This document shows, piece after piece, positions 30,701 to 46,200 of a stretch of DNA of 64,000 nucleotides; the first letter of the stretch is position 1, and each line of letters opens with the position of its first letter. This DNA comes from Macrostomum lignano (taxonomy: Eukaryota), in contig NIVC01000032.1 of NCBI GenBank assembly GCA_002269645.1, positions 1,391,156 to 1,455,155 on the forward strand. Direction: 5' to 3'. Below the pieces are notes generated by a model, which was not told the origin of the DNA, did no database searches, and worked only from the letters and a program-made list of their open reading frames with translations. The translations under genes were made by a program, and so were the position numbers.

Positions 30701-33483
30701 TTAGCGCCGTAGGCACTCATTTTAGCGCCGTAGGCACTCATTTTAGCGCCGTAGGCACTCATTTTAGCGCCGTAGGCACTCATTTTGGCGCCGTAGGCAC
30801 TCATTTTAGCGCCGTAGGCACTCATTTTGGCGCCGTAGGCACTCATTTTGGCGCCGTAGGCACTCATTTTAGCGCCGTGGGCACTCATCTTAGCGCCCTG
30901 AAGAAAATTATTGATTGCCACGAGTCACAAAGGTGGGGTGGGGGGACAGAGCATGATTGATATGCCCCCTATAGCTTATACTGGGGGGACGGACATGTTC
31001 CATCTGTCCCCCTGGCGGCCACGCGCCTGCACGCGCTCACACGGGGTGTACATGTACAGCGGCCCTAATCGCCAGGCCGGTTAATTTTCGCGCACACAAC
31101 ACTCGCACTCACTCAGAACCGATTTTGGCGCAAAACCCGATCAGCCCAAGCTGGCGGTTGTTATGGCGTCGATCCGAACAGAAACTTCGGCTACCATTGG
31201 GGCGGCCAGGGCACCAGCAGTAATCCATGCGCTGAGACGTTCAGAGGTTCCTCGGCGTTTAGCGAGCCGGAGACCAGAGCAGTGAGAGACAAACTGTTGG
31301 CTATCCGACTGAGAACGATTTCATTCATCACTATGCACTCCTACGGGCAGGACTGGATGGTGCCGTACGGGTGAGCCGACTGGGTGGGTTTTCATGAGAA
31401 AATTCATTCCGTACATAAACTTCTACACCCTGTGTGAGCGTGTGCATGAGTGCTGTGCCTGAGTACAGTATTGGTGCTTGTGTGCTCAGGAGTGTGCGGA
31501 ACGGGCAGAATTGCCTCTCACTATTGCTGATTGGTCGTGGGACAGCAGACAAGGTTTCAGTCAACAACAGACAAATAGATTTCATTTGTCTTTCATTTCA
31601 TTTGATTTAGAGTCAACAACAGATTAATAGATTTAGCAGTCAACAACAGACAAAGAGTTTAGCAGTCAACAACAGACAAATAGATTTCGCAGTCAACAAC
31701 AGACAAATAGATTTCAGTCAACAACAGACAAATAGATTTCGCAGTCAACAACAGACAAATAGATTTCGCAGTCAACAACAGACAAAGAGTTTTAGCAGTC
31801 AACAACAGACAAATAGATTTCGCAGTCAACAACAGACAAAGAGTTTTAGCAGTCAACAACAGACAAATAGATTTCAGTCAACAACAGACACATATAGATT
31901 TCAGTCAACAACAGACAAAGAGATTTCAGTCAACAACAGACAAATAGATTTCAGTCAACAACAGACACATATAGATTTCAGTCAACAACAGACACATATA
32001 GATTTCAGTCAACAACAGACACATATAGATTTCAGTCAACAACAGACAAATAGATTTCGCAGTCAACAACAGACAAATAGATTTCGCAGTCAACAACAGA
32101 CAAATAGATTTCGCAGTCAACAACAGACAAATAGATTTCAGTCAACAACAGACAAAGAGATTTCGCAGTCAACAACAGGCAAATAGATTTCGCAGTCAAC
32201 AACAGACAAAGAGATTTCGCAGTCAACAACAGACAAATAGATTTCGCAGTCAACAACAGACAAATAGATTTCAGTCAACAACAGACAAATAGATTTCGCA
32301 GTCAACAACAGACAAATAGATTTCGCAGTCAACAACAGACAAATAGATTTCGCAGTCAACAACAGACAAATAGATTTCGCAGACAACAACAGACAAATAG
32401 ATTTCAGTCAACAACAGACAAATAGATTTCGCAGTCAACAACAGACAAATAGATTTCGCAGTCAACAACAGACAAATAGATTTCGCAGTCAACAACAGAC
32501 AAATAGATTTCAGTCAACAACAGACAAAGAGATTTCGCAGTCAACAACAGACAAATAGATTTCAGTCAACAACAGACAAATCGATTTCGCAGTCGACAAT
32601 AGACAAATAGATTTCAGTCAACAACAGACAAATAGATTTCAGTCAACAACAGACAAATAGATTTCAGTCAACAACAGACAAATAGATTTCGCAGTCAACA
32701 ACAGACAAATAGATTTCAGTCAACAACAGACAAATAGATTTCGCAGTCAACAACAGACAAATAGATTTCAGTCAACAACAGACAAATAGATTTCGCAGTC
32801 AACAACAGACAAATATAGATTTCGCAGTCAACAACAGACAAATAGATTTCGCAGTCAACAATAGACAAATAGATTTCAGTCAACAACAGACACATATAGA
32901 TTTCAGTCAACAACAGGCAAATAGATTTCGCAGTCAACAACAGACAAATATAGATTTCGCAGTCAACAACAGACAAATAGATTTCAGTCAACAACAGACA
33001 AATTGATTTCAGTCAACAACAGGCAAATAGATTTCGCAGTCAACAACAGACAAATAGATTTCAGTCAACAACAGACAAATAGATTTCGCAGTCAAAAACA
33101 GACAAATAGATACCGGCTTCTCAGACCTCAGAAACCGACTCATTCCCACCACTAAAACCAGGTACGCTTACAACGTTAGCGTAGACAACTATGCTCAGAT
33201 GATGCGACCAGTGCAAGCTGCAGCAGACAAACTGAAATCGCTCGGCCGCAACTATGACATCGGCAACTCGGCCGTGGTCACCTATCCCGCAGCGGGAGCT
33301 TCAGATGACTACGCGGCAAGCATTGGGGTGCCCTATGCTCACACAATCGAATTGCCAGACACGGGTCAGTATGGCTTCCTACTGCCGCAGAGTGAAATAC
33401 CCAGAGTTGGCTTGGAGACGCTGGAGGCTCTCAAAGTCTATTTGGGGTATATTGCGGCCGCTAATCAGCCAAGGGATGAATGA
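27246..33483 (+). CDS. M14A carboxypeptidase B-like, copy 2
   Basis: Exons 27246-27343, about 27757-27922, 28624-28851, 29352-29453, 29542-29643, 30093-30206, 31117-31370 and 33162-33483. Confidence 0.93.
30382..31029 (-). mobile_element. Same diverged element, copy 2
   Basis: Near-identical to 12897-13544. Confidence 0.8.
31555..33111. repeat. 27/25-bp minisatellite, copy 2
   Basis: Same unit, about 1.55 kb. Confidence 0.95.
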
Positions 33484-35098
33484 TTGAAGATTTACATAAT
33501 AAAATTAACTAACATTACAAAACAGTTTAAAATCTTAACAATGTAATCAGTTGTCGGCAACCTTTTTACTTCAAGGGCCAAATATAAAAGTCTTGATGAT
33601 TGCTGCGGGCCGGATGATAGATGACAGATTAGAGAGGTGAGAGAAAAGATTAGATAAAAGATAAGAGATGAGATGAGAGGAGAGAGCTGAGAAGAGACAC
33701 AAACCTTGAGCGGGCTGGATTGCTATAGTGAAGTTTCAAAGGATCAAAGGAATTGTTTCAAAGGCCGGATAGAGAGGTGAAATACATATTTCACCCCTAC
33801 ACTTCTACGGTAAAATTACCCCTGCACTATTAATTTTAACGGTTTTCCTTAATTAACGGTTTTAATTTTAACGACTTCTGCTATCCAATTCTACTGTATT
33901 ATTACAGTTTTGCACTTAACTCATTACTATCGCAAAAACGAAAAATAAATCCGATAAAATCACTCACAAAAGTAGATAAACTTCGTTAACAGAAAATGTT
34001 CAATTTTTTTTCAAACAAAATCTGAAGTAAATTATAACAAAATAATAGAAATATGTCAATGGTTTGGAATGTTTAAAACAATCTTTGAGATAAAATCGGT
34101 CTGGAATTTATTGAAACCGGCATAAAAAACTGTGAGCTTGGAAATTATAGTGCTTATTAAATACTAGACAGTATAATTATAGTTTGAAAGATATAAGAAG
34201 CATAATACATGATAATATATACACCACGCAAAAAGTGAGTAAGATAAGCACTGAAAGATGCAGGTTAGCATAATTGCGCATCATATTTTAACAGTAAAAC
34301 GAGTGAAATAAATAAATAATTCCGGAAAAAATTACTAATTAACCTGCTAACTATTTCGGCTGAAAGGAGATTCAATGTGACAAATATGAGAATATTTGCA
34401 ACATATTTTAATTTGAAGGCACACACAATAAAGGAAAAAGTAATCAAGTTTTGAATTATGAGCAACAATGCTCGATAAAAACCTGCTATGCTTGCACAAT
34501 AGATTGAGATTGCAAATAGAATTTCTGTATAAATTATTACAGATAGTGCACCTGAATATTGCAAAAATAAATTATTGAACAGGGCTCTAAAACTGCAGTT
34601 TTTTCTAAATACGAAATTATTACAAGCAAAAATTTGAAGAAATGTTTAACTTGCTTAAAGCTGCAATTTTTGGTTTATTTTTTTGTTAAATTGGCTGAGC
34701 TCAAATTGCTCATCAATAAGTTTTTAACAATTTTGACTCTCTGATGTGCCAGCGGCCCAGGCTCGATTCCAAGTGCAGTCACATTAATTTGGGGCTAAAT
34801 TGGAATCTCGGCTTGGCTCTGCTCGTGCAATTAATGTCATTAAGAGCCAACCCCCCAAGGCACAGTGAAGTGTACATGCCCAACGATTAATAAAGTTAAG
34901 GCCGCTGTACACTCCTGTGTGTGTGCCTGTGCGTATGACTGCGTACGTATCCGCGCGCTAGTGTGCCTGCTCAGGGGAGTCGGCGGAATGGGGGCAGCAA
35001 TGCCTCTCGCCGGTTGTGCGACAATGTCGCTTAAAGTGCGCCGAGTGCATACAGCTCCATGCCTCTAATAAAAAATCTCTTCAGTGCATTTTTCAAGC

Positions 35099-35396
35099 GA
35101 ATTGTCTATGGCCCAACCCCACTAAGCTGTCACTCAGTTTGAAACCGGCACTGCAGATAATTTTTTTTACTTTAGTCATTGAATTGTCTTTGGCCCAACC
35201 CCACTGAGCTGTCACTCAGTTTGAAACCGGCACTGCAGATAAAGTTTGTTTTTTTTTTAGTCATTGAATTGTCTATGGCCCAACCCCACTGAGCTGTCAC
35301 TCAGTTTGAAACCGGCACTGCAGATAAAGTTTGTTTTTTTACTTTAGTCATTGAATTGTCTTTGGCCCAACCCCACTGAGCTGTCACTCAGTTTGA
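35099..35396. repeat. 87-bp tandem array, copy 3 (3 units + half)
   Basis: Unit starts at 35099, 35181, 35266 and 35353. Confidence 0.93.
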
Positions 35397-38216
35397 CCCC
35401 AGCGAGGCGGCAGATTTTGGCCTCGGCAGCCGACTGGCAGAAGTCGATCGAAATTTTCTAGCAACAGCACCGGAGCTTTGCCGCTGCTCAGTTTGAGACG
35501 CCGGCATAGGCCAGTAGTTGCGGCGCCGATTGGCATGTTGCCGATGTTGCTGCTTTTGCATCAGCTGGAGCCGGTCAAGAAGACTGCATAGGCGAGCTAA
35601 CGAATTCAAACTGGCTGGTGTGCCCTGTCTCAGCAGGGCTAGCGGGCGATAGTTACGCTTGAGTAGGTCGGTGTTTGAGCACAGGTGCTTTAGCCAGGCT
35701 GACAAGAAACCGGCACTGCAGATAAAGTTTGCTTTTTTACTTTAGTCATTAAATTTGAGCACAAATACTAGGAAAGCAAATCCCATTAATCTCTTAACCA
35801 TGCAATCTAATCAAAACACTTATTGACAATCCACTAGGGTTGTAGCCTCCTCAAGACTCACGACTGAAAGGTTAGGGGTTCGTTTCCCGATCCCACTGGA
35901 ACAATTTGTGTCCTTGAGAGCAAGACACTCAACTCTGCATTGCTTGAGTTCACCCAGCTGTAAAATGGGTGCCAGCATTAGCTGGGGGAATTGAGGGTGT
36001 GTGTGGCGACCCCCCCCCCCCCAGTCCTTGGACTGAACAGCCTTTAGACTGCGCCACACAGTAGCTGCGGCCATACATGCGCAACCTTCAAAAATCGGTC
36101 GGCCGTGTGACTTAGTTTTAATAAAAATGCGACGTAGTTTTTGGCCAAAAAATGCGACTTACATATTAAAAAAACCCAAGCAAAATTAACGCAACTTTGG
36201 GTAAACAACATGAGTAACTATGACTGTCTTATTAAGCCAACATGCCTCGTCAGCTACTTAGTACTACCACTTGAGTATCTGTTCGGGTGGGCATTTTGCG
36301 ACTTCTTTGTTTGGCTGCCAAATCGGTCGGCCGTCGGCCGACTCGGCCGACTGTTATGCATGTATGGCTGCGGCTGTGTCGGTTGCGCATCTGCCTATTA
36401 TGGCAGGTGTAATCAATTAACTATGCTTTTCTCCTAAACCTCCCATTCCATGTATCAAAGCTAATTTCCACTCACTTTAAACAGGCAACGACAAAGGCAT
36501 CGAATCGGCCCTGTTCGCCATTTGATTCGCTTTTCGAAGCATTTATTTGACGCACAATGGCCGACAGCTTTGGACCAATCGGTACTGCGGAAATTTGGAA
36601 ATGTAAAATCAATAGATTGAGACGCAAAGCAATCGAACCCCCCTCGTTCGTGGGTTCTGAGACTCACCGCAACTGGCACAAGACTCTTCAACCAGCAGAC
36701 ACAGCGGCGAAGCCATCAGTCTGCTTTTCTTTAACAGCAGATTTCTCTGTTGAACAGTTCTAGCCTTGCTAACATTGCCGCCAAATTGGTTGACAAATTC
36801 GGCTGTGGACCAAGCGCTGGACATTGCTAAACCGTTGCTAACTAGACTGTACAATGAGCGGCACAGTAAACCTACAATAACAGATGAAGATTGACCGTTG
36901 CTAGGCAAACTGCAGATCGATATCAGCTGTTCGACAGCAGACGCGGCTTGAGCAGACAATCGATTGAGTTGGCGAGTAGGCGATTCGGGAACTGGAAGGC
37001 GAGGTGGCGCAGCAGTTTGAGCCGGTTTGCTGGACACTGGCGAGCCGCAGAATTCCAAAGGCTGGCTGTCCTCGTCGTCGCCATAGAGACCAACTGACTG
37101 GGGTATTACCTGGTCTCGGGAAATATTGTTGAGCACGGGGGAGTTTGAGCACGGATTGATTGGTTAATTAGTCTTCAGGATGTCAAGTTAGTCTATAGGA
37201 AGCTATATCTATCTTTGGGATTTTTCAGTTAGCCAGTAGGAAATACGGGGAATTTTGTTAGAATTAGTCAGTGGGAATCATGGGGAATTTTTTAGAATTA
37301 GTTAGTGGGAATCATGGGGAATGTTTTTAGAATTAGTCAGTGGGAATCATGGGAAAATTTTTTGGAATTAGCCAAAGGGAATCATGAGGAACTTTTTCAG
37401 AATTAGTCAGTGGGAAATTGGAATCATGGGGAACTTTTTTAGAATTAGTCAGTGGGAATCATGGGGAATTTTAATCAGTGGGAACTATAGAGAATTTTTC
37501 TAGTTAATAAGAAGGAATCATCTGGGAATTATTTAGCCCGTGGGAATGATGGAGAATGTATGTATGATCAGGGATACCGAAAGCAAGTTTCAGAGCCAGC
37601 TCAGAATAACAATTCTCACATGGAAGTCTTGCCCGATCAGGGAGAGCTTGGCCGGTGGCACAGACAAGCACCTGCTAGCAGCATGATCGTCGCAGCTTGA
37701 GCAGCGAACTTTCTGACGCCTCCTGCTGCGTCCGCGACTTGACCTGGGAGCAGCAGCAGCAGCAGCAGCCGGAGCATCTGCACTAGAAGCAGAGACGGCG
37801 CCAATTCCTCCGCTAGGTGGCCTTCTCCGCCTCGAACAGCGACTGCTTGGATTGCTGCTACTAGAGAAGTCAGGCAGATTGGTGGAGACGCCAGCCGGCA
37901 ACTCTTGGCGTAGAAATGCCAGATCTGGCAAATTTGAACAGCTGACAGCCGATCGAAGTAGTTGGTTGGATTCCAGCTTTTGATCGCTACTATTATTATT
38001 ATCATTATGCCGAACTAATAACGATTGTGGATGTTGAAGAATTCTCAGATTTGAAGGCCGACGATCGGATTTCAGGCCGCGCCAAGTTGTACGCCTGGAG
38101 CAAGGCGGGGCGGCCTGTCTGGTCTGGCAAGGACATCTCGCTCGAGGCTCTGCCCGAAGTTGATGAACGCCAGAACTACGGCCGCCGCCGAGGGACACAC
38201 TTCGCCTGGTATACAT
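35388..38216 (-). CDS. RUN-domain protein, copy 3
   Basis: Exons 38216-37620, 37109-36668, 36584-36476 and 35715-35388, with the same splice sites and open frame. Confidence 0.85.
36072..36366. mobile_element. Same MITE, copy 3
   Basis: Same TIR and TSD. Confidence 0.85.
37261..37485. repeat. 35-bp minisatellite, copy 3 (short)
   Basis: Same unit. Confidence 0.9.
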
Positions 38217-40559
38217 CGCGTTTTTGCTTCACGGTGTGGGCATTCTGCTACCCTGGAATCTATTCATCAATGCCAAGGAGTACTTTGAGAACTACAAGCT
38301 CAACACGAACATCTCGCGCGAGGCGGACTACAGGCACAATTTTATGAACTACATCGGCCTCGGGTCTCAGCTGCCCAACATGCTCATGCTGGCTTGCAAC
38401 GTCTTCTTTCAGCCGTTGACGACCAGCGAAGGACAGGAAAAAACTGGCAGCAAAAATGCCGCACGTCGCATTATGCTGGTGATCCTGATCGAAGTTTGCG
38501 TCTGCGCCACCACCGTCATCATGGCCTTGGTGGACACGAGCGAATGCCCGCGATTGTTCTTCGATGTCACGCTAATCAGTGTCATTGTGCTCAACTGTTG
38601 CACCGGCGTCTATCAGTCCTCGGCGTTCGGCATGGCGGGTGTGCTGCCCATGACCTACTCCAGTGCGATCGTACTGGGTAAGGCGTCTATCGTGATGCTT
38701 CTCGTGCGTGTCGTAGGAATCAGGGGCGTCGCCACCGGGGGGGGGGACATGTCACAGTAAAAGCTGTAGGGGGGTTATGCCAATGCTTTGTCCCCCTCAC
38801 CCAACCTTGTGATCCGTTATGAAAATCAATAATTTTGCTTCAGGGTGACAAAATATAGTGCCTGCAGCGCTTAAATGAGTGCCTGCGGCGCTAAAATGAG
38901 TGCCTGCGGCGCTAAAATGAGTGCCTGCGGCGCTAAAATGAGTGCCTGCGGCGCTAAAATGAGTGCCTGCGGCGCTAAAATGAGTGCCTGCGGCGCTAAA
39001 ATGAGTGCCTACGGCGCTAAAATGAGTGCCTGCGGTGCTAAAATGAGTGCCTGCGGCGCTAAAATGAGTGCCTGCGGCGCTAAAATGAGTGCCTGCGGCG
39101 CTAAAATGAGTGCCTGTGGCGCTAAAATGAGTGCCTGCGGCGCTAAGATCAGTGCCTGAGGCGCTAAAACGAGTGCCTGCGGCGCCAAATGAGCGCTGAC
39201 AACACCGATTCTGAAAATAATGTACATGTACATATAGAATTCTTGGCTCTGTCCCCCCAACCATAAAATCCATCGCGACACCCCTGGTAGGAATCCCGCC
39301 CAGACCCCATGGTGACAAGGGAGATATTAGTTTATTAGCTAGTCACAGAACAGCTTTACATAAGTGCGCTGTTACTACTAATCCAAATCTCCGAGTATCT
39401 CTCTGGAGCCGGCACAGATATGGGGTGACGGAGGCCCACAAAATTTAGCAAACTTTTGCTCATCACTTTCCCAGCAAGCTTAAACATGCCACTTAAAATT
39501 CACTTGAAGCACTGAAGCATTTTAACGTCGTTTTACGCAACGCAGGTAACAACATCTGCGGAACAGTGGTTGCCATTGTGAACATTGTTAGTCGGCTGGC
39601 ATCTTCGCAGAATCTGCAAATGACCGCCGTTGGCTATTTCTCATTCTCTGTCGTACTGCTACTCATCTGCTTCTCCTCGCTCCTCATATTGCCGAAGCTG
39701 CCGTTCTATCGGCACTACCAGCAGCCGCCGTCGCAACCGCATTCGTCTGAGAGGACCTGCGACACTGAGCAGACGTCTTTCGAATCGGACGACTCAACTG
39801 AAACTGTAAACGGATGCTGCGATGAGAATCTGGAAACTGTCAGGGCTTGTTGTGCTTTGTGCTGTATCCGCAAGGGACCTGTGGCTGCGTGCTCCAGGTG
39901 AGCCAGCCGATTTTTTTAAAGAGTTTCCGATTTCCAAGTCCATTGAATTTTGGTAAAACAGCTGTGTCGTCAAAGTTGAATTCATAACTTTGAACCACAA
40001 TTTCAGATACTGGCAGAGATACCTGGCTGCCTTCAAAGAGTGCTGGGTTCACTGCCTCAGCGTCTGGTCGACATTCTTCTGCACGCTGGCCTGCTTTCCA
40101 GCCGTTCAATCGGCCATCCGTCCGGTCCAGCTGCTGTCCATAGAGGCCTGGTTCACCGACATCTTCGTGTTCCTCGGCTTCAACCTGTTCGCCATGCTGG
40201 GCAGTCTGGCGTCAAATTTTGTACAATTCCCAAAACCACGCTGGCTGGCACTGGCCGTGTGGATTCGAACCCTAATCTTCATACCGTTCTTCATCATGTG
40301 CAACTGTTTCCCGGACAACCGGGCCCCGGCATTCCCGGTGGTCATCGCTAATGACTACGTGTTCACGGCTGGCATGGTGTTGTTCGCTTTCACCGGCGGC
40401 TACTTCAGCGCCCTCTGCATGATGTACGCGCCAAGGGACGTGAAGAATCCAAAGCACGCGGCATTGGCTGGCATGGTGTCGTCATTCTTCCTGGTCTCCG
40501 GCATCTTCTGCGGAGTGGCCTTCGGTGGAGTGCTGTTCAATGTGGTGCAGGCGCATTAG
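38167..40559 (+). CDS. ENT: ENT family transporter, copy 3; start codon not identified
   Basis: Exons 38167-38677, 39546-39897 and 40007-40559. The N-terminal motif reads PPPRD here versus PPLKD in the other copies. Confidence 0.92.
38721..39286 (+). mobile_element. hAT-type element with 21-bp VNTR, copy 3 (about 13 units shorter)
   Basis: Same TIR/TSD, 566 bp. Confidence 0.9.
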
Positions 40560-42708
40560 GCCGCTTAGAAAATTCCAAGTATATCAACTTATGGATGGAG
40601 CAAATAGTCAAGCTGCATAAAGCTCGTCACTCTTAATGTCTCGATGTTAAAAAATCTTAAAAATATGTTACTTTTTCTAGAGCAGCTAGCTGACGTATTT
40701 CTATATTACAACTTCTAGTTCCATAAGCTCAGATATAACTTTGTTATAGTGCGTCATAATTTCCGGTGTTGCAGTCGTTGATTTCTGGCTAGAGACAGAT
40801 TATAACAATTTAGTAAGACCCCTTTAAATCAAATTGCTATTCGATTAGACGCTCCAGTACTTTCTGGTGACCCTATTTGTCATTGACGTTGGCTAATTTT
40901 ATAGCTTCAATTTTTGGCCTCCATCTAGCTGGTTGAGTTTTGTCACGTCAACGAAGAAAACTTGTTTGCAGTTCAATTTTTGCGTATCTGTCACTCTTTT
41001 GGTGTATTTTTTGTTAAATTAAACTATATTTAGGCTGTAAGCTATCGTGATGAAACTATAACTCAGTACTTCAATACAATTAGTAAATATGTAATATCAT
41101 GCAATGTCAATTAATTTGAATATGGTGATTAATGCGCAACAGCTAGAATTCATTGCTGCATACTGAGAATTATAATACTTTACCAAATGTTTCTGCTGAT
41201 TCTGGTTGCTGAATTTTGAAAGTCTGAGAGACCCTATAGATCAAACATTAGCTACTTAATAAGTAGTACGAGTATAAGCATGATTCAATTTTGATTGGTC
41301 AGTTGCGTTAAAATATACTGATATTCCTCTATATGTGCTACTCATATTGTTGAAGTAAGTAAGTAAAGCGTTTTTTATTATTTAATGACTTTCAAATTCA
41401 AATTGATATGACAAATATGCATTACCCCTGAGTTTACGTCCGCCAGCATTGCAAGTTAAGCCGAGTTGCTCCTGGTTAGTGCACACAGTTGAAGTTGCTA
41501 TGCTTGTGTCCAGGGAGTCTTTCAGCGACCAGGTTTCGGCGTTCGACCACTGCCTCCTAGAACAAAGCCGCCCTCTGGCGGCTATAAGAATTTGACCCAC
41601 AGGACCGCTTTTACAGCAGGAAACACGACGCCCATACAAGCTCTAATCAACATTGCGGACGTCAAGAACCAGACCGCCGAGGTAGACGAACTGCTGGTGC
41701 CATGAGAATCTCTCTCACCCTAAAAATCTCTCTCACCTTGAGAATCTCTCGCCTGGAGAATCTGTCACCTAGAGAATCTCTTACCGGGAGAATCTGTCAC
41801 CTGGAGAATCTCTCATCTTGATCATCTCTCGCCTGGAGAATATCTCACCTTGAGAATCTCTCACCTGGAAAATCTCTCACCTTGAGAATCTTTCCCTAAA
41901 GAGAATCTCTCACCTTGAGAATCGCTCACCTTGAGAATCTCTCAACTTGAGAATCTCTCACCTTGAGAACCTCTCACCATGATAATCTCTTGCCTGGAGA
42001 ATCTGTCACCTGGAGAACCTCTCATCTTGTTAATCTCTCGCCTGGAGAATATCTCGCCTGGAGAATCTCTTACCTGGAGAATCTCTCACCTGGAGAATCT
42101 CTCACCTGGAAAATCTCTCACCTGGAGAATCTCTCACCTGGAGAATCTCTCACCTGGGGAATCTCTCACCTTGAGAATGTCTCTCACCCTGATAATCTCT
42201 TGACTGGAGAATCTGTCACCTGGAGAATCTCTTACCTGGAAAATTTCTTATCTTGATAATCTCTCGCCTGGAGATTCTCTCACCTAGAGAATCTCTCACC
42301 TGAAAAATCTCTCACCTGGAAAATCTCTCACCTGGAGAATCTCTCACCTGGGGAATCTGTAGAACCTGCCTTAAAATCCACCATTTTAACGAACTCGCAA
42401 GGCTTGTTATGAACAGCTAAACAGCAAAATTTAAAATTTAAAAAATTTTAATTTTTTAGATTCAATTAACAAAAGCCTATTCTGCGAGAAGAGAAATTAT
42501 TACAAAGATGAAATTTCTTGTTTAACTAAGAGTTCGCAAAATTGTTTCAATGCCACATTCGACGCTAATTATCGAGCAACAGGTGTTTTCGAGTCACATG
42601 ACCTTAATTATGTAATTCTGTTTTATTTAAATCGATAACCTCTGAAACGGCTAAAAGGTTTAAAATTATTTCATCCAGCTCGACACCTGCTGGCCGCCTG
42701 TTTCTACA

Positions 42709-42878
42709 ATGAGTGTCAAAGTGAACTCAGCTTTTGCTTCGGCGCTGCTGGCCTTTGGTCTGCTGCTGCCCTGTCAACTGGGCCTGCCCACCACGAGAAA
42801 TCAGGGGTGAGTGCTGGATTCTTCGGGACAGGTATGTGAGCTCATAGACAGACTGATAGACACACAGACTGACAGACT

Positions 42879-42929
<51 letters not shown>

Positions 42930-42969
42930 GGACACACAGACAAAAAGACAGACAGACAGACAGACAGAC

Positions 42970-43066
<97 letters not shown>

Positions 43067-43067
43067 A

Positions 43068-43104
<37 letters not shown>

Positions 43105-43125
43105 CTAAGACAGACAGACAGTAAA

Positions 43126-43166
<41 letters not shown>

Positions 43167-43185
43167 CTAAGACAGACACTAAGAA

Positions 43186-43226
<41 letters not shown>

Positions 43227-46200
43227 GTAAAAGACAGACAGAGTCACAAGCACCAGAGGTCGCTGACCATCGCAGCCCCAATCGACCCCCCAGCGACCGG
43301 CTAATCGTGTTCGTCCCCACGCGGCAGGCGCAGCTGGACTGGCTGGAACTGATCCACTCCCAGGCTGGGAAGCCTGGCGAAGTCGGCGAAAATGTACGTT
43401 GGATCAACGTAATATGTTTTAATTAAGATATCTTTTCAGCGAGAGAGGACTGAGATTCTAAGGCGAGATGCTCGATGATTCTCATAAGATTCTAACACAA
43501 GGGATAATTATGCTAGAGATTCTCAAGGGGAACGATACTCTATAGGTGAGATGTTTTCAAGGTGAGATATTCTCCAGGTGAAGGATTCTCAAGGTGAGAG
43601 ATTCTCAAGGTGAGAGATTCTCAAGGTGAGAGATTCTCAAGGTGAGATATTCTCAAGGTGAGATATTCTCAAGGTGCGATATTCTCAAGGTGAGATATTC
43701 TCACGATGAGAGATTCTCAAGGTGAGAGATTCTCAAGGTGAGATATTCTCACGATGAGAGATTCACAAGGTGAGAGATTCTCAAGGTGAATGATTCTCAA
43801 GGTGAGAGATTCTCAAGGTGAGATATTCTTACGATGAGAGATTCTCAAGGTGAGAGTTTCTCAAGGTGAGAGATTCTCAAAGTGAGATATTCTCAAGGTG
43901 AGAGATTCTCCAGGTGAGATATTCTCAAGGTGAGAGATTCTCAAGGTGAGATATTCACAAGGTGAGGGATTCTCCAGGTGAGAGATTCTCAAGAAGAGAT
44001 ATTCTCAAGGTGAGATATTCTCAAGGTGAGGGATTCTCCAGGTGAGAGATTCAAACAAATAATATCGTCGCTTCTGCCCCGTCCTTCATCGCAGGTGAGA
44101 TTCTGGTTCGGTCCGGGGCTGCTGAACCAAGAGACCATAGTCTTTGTTCCAGGCGGTGACTATGGCAGACTGGTGTCGGCCATACCCAGCAGTCAGGACA
44201 CGTACTCTTGGTGGACGGTGCAGAAAGAAAATCTTGGCAAACTGGTTACCAGGGAGACGAGAGCAAACGCTGTTCGAAGGAGGAGTTCGGATATCAGCTC
44301 CGCGTATCGCACCTATCAGGAGGTGAGGTCTTTGTATTAGAGTTACAAAGTGTGACATCCGTGTCCAACAAAGTGGGAAATCCCTGTCTAACAAAGTGTG
44401 ACTTCCGTGTCTAACAAAGTGTGACATCCGTGTCCAACAAAGTGGGAAATCCCTGTCTAACAAAGTGTGACATCCGTGTCTAACAAAGTGTGACATCCGT
44501 GTCTAACAAAGTGTGACATCCATGTCTAACAGAGTGGGACATTCGTGTCTAACAGAGTGTGACATCCATGTCTAACAGAGTGGGACATTCGTGTCTAACA
44601 GAGTGTGACATCCATGTCTAACAGAGTGGGACATTCGTGTCTAACAGAGTGTGACATCCGTGTCTAACAGGGTGTGACATCCGTGTCTAACAGAGTGTGA
44701 CATCCGTTTCTAACAGAGTGTGACATCCGTTTCTAACAGGGTGTGACATCCGCGTCTAACCGAGTGTGAGATGGACCGTCTCAAACCTGATAAATTAAAT
44801 CGATCTCATGTTCCGCCTACAGATCCTGAACTTCCTAGACCAGACACAATCAACTTGCGGCTCATTCTGTTCCGTTGAAAAATTTGGCACCAGCTACGAA
44901 GGCAGAGACTTAAAATTAATTAAGGTAAATAAAAATAATCACTGATCGAATATTAATGTACTAGACAAAGCATAAGTAGTATGAAGCGTAGAAAATCATC
45001 ATTTTTTATCAGATTGGCGATGATCTGCCATCGAAGCGAATTGTTTGGATTGACGCCGGCATTCACGCAAGAGAATGGATTGCTCCAGCCACTGCTCTGT
45101 ACTTCATCGATAAGGTAAACTCTACCATCACTGCTCATGTCTACTCTACCCTTAGTCTACCATCACTGCTCATGTCTACTCCACCCTTAGTCTACCATCA
45201 CTGCTCATGTCTACTCCACCCTTAGTCTACCATCACTGCTCATGTCTACTCTACCCTTAGTCTACCATCACTGCTCATGCCTACTCTACCATCACTGCTC
45301 ATGTCTACTCTACCATCACTGCTAATGTCTACTCTACCCTTAGTCTACCATCACTGCTCATGTCTCATCACTGCTCATGTCTACTCTACCATCACTGCTC
45401 ATGTCTACTCTACCCTTAGTCTACCATCACTGCTCACGTCTACTCTACCCTTAGTCTACCATCACTGCTCACGTCTACTCTACCCTTAGTGTATAACCAT
45501 CAGTGCTCATGTCTCACAACAATTGCAGATAGTCCAAGGCTACAAGTCGTCAGATTCAACTATAAAGTCGATGCTGGATAACTTTGCCTTCTATATCGCT
45601 CCTCTGCTAAATCCGGATGGATATGTGTACACTTTTACTACGGTAAGTACGGTCTGGTGGCGGGTTGAATATTGGAAAAAGTAGTATCGTTTTGGTTCCG
45701 AGACTGGGTAGAGGTTAAATATTAGCTTGTTCTCAGTGAATGATGATGATACACTATGATACAAGCATGATGATCGTCAGTTCTCCTCGGCCAACACCCA
45801 GCGCTGACGGAAATTCTTAGGGGCGTCACCGTGGACTTTATGGTGGGGGGGACAAAGCCAAGAATTCAACATGTACTGAAGTACATGTACATGACTAAAC
45901 TCGATCCTAAATTTCCATTATTGTGAGAATCGTGTTATCAGCGCTCATTTTAGCGCCGCAGGCACTCATTTGGCGCCACAGGCACTCATTTTAGCGCCGT
46001 AGGCACTCATTTTAGCGCCGTAGGCTCTCATTTTAGCGCCGTAGGCACTCATTTTAGCGCCGCAGGCACTCATTTTAGCGCCGTAGGCACTCATTTTAGC
46101 GCCGTAGGCACTCATTTTAGCGCCGTAGGCACTCATTTTAGCGCCGTAGGCACTCATTTTAGCGCCGTAGGCACTCATTTTAGCGCCGTAGGCACTCATT

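Larger units (their letters stand above)
15919..33612. repeat. Tandem cassette copy 2, 17694 bp
   Basis: Colinear with copy 1. Has an extra 855-bp insertion and a longer 35-bp array, and lacks the 289-bp MITE. Confidence 0.97.
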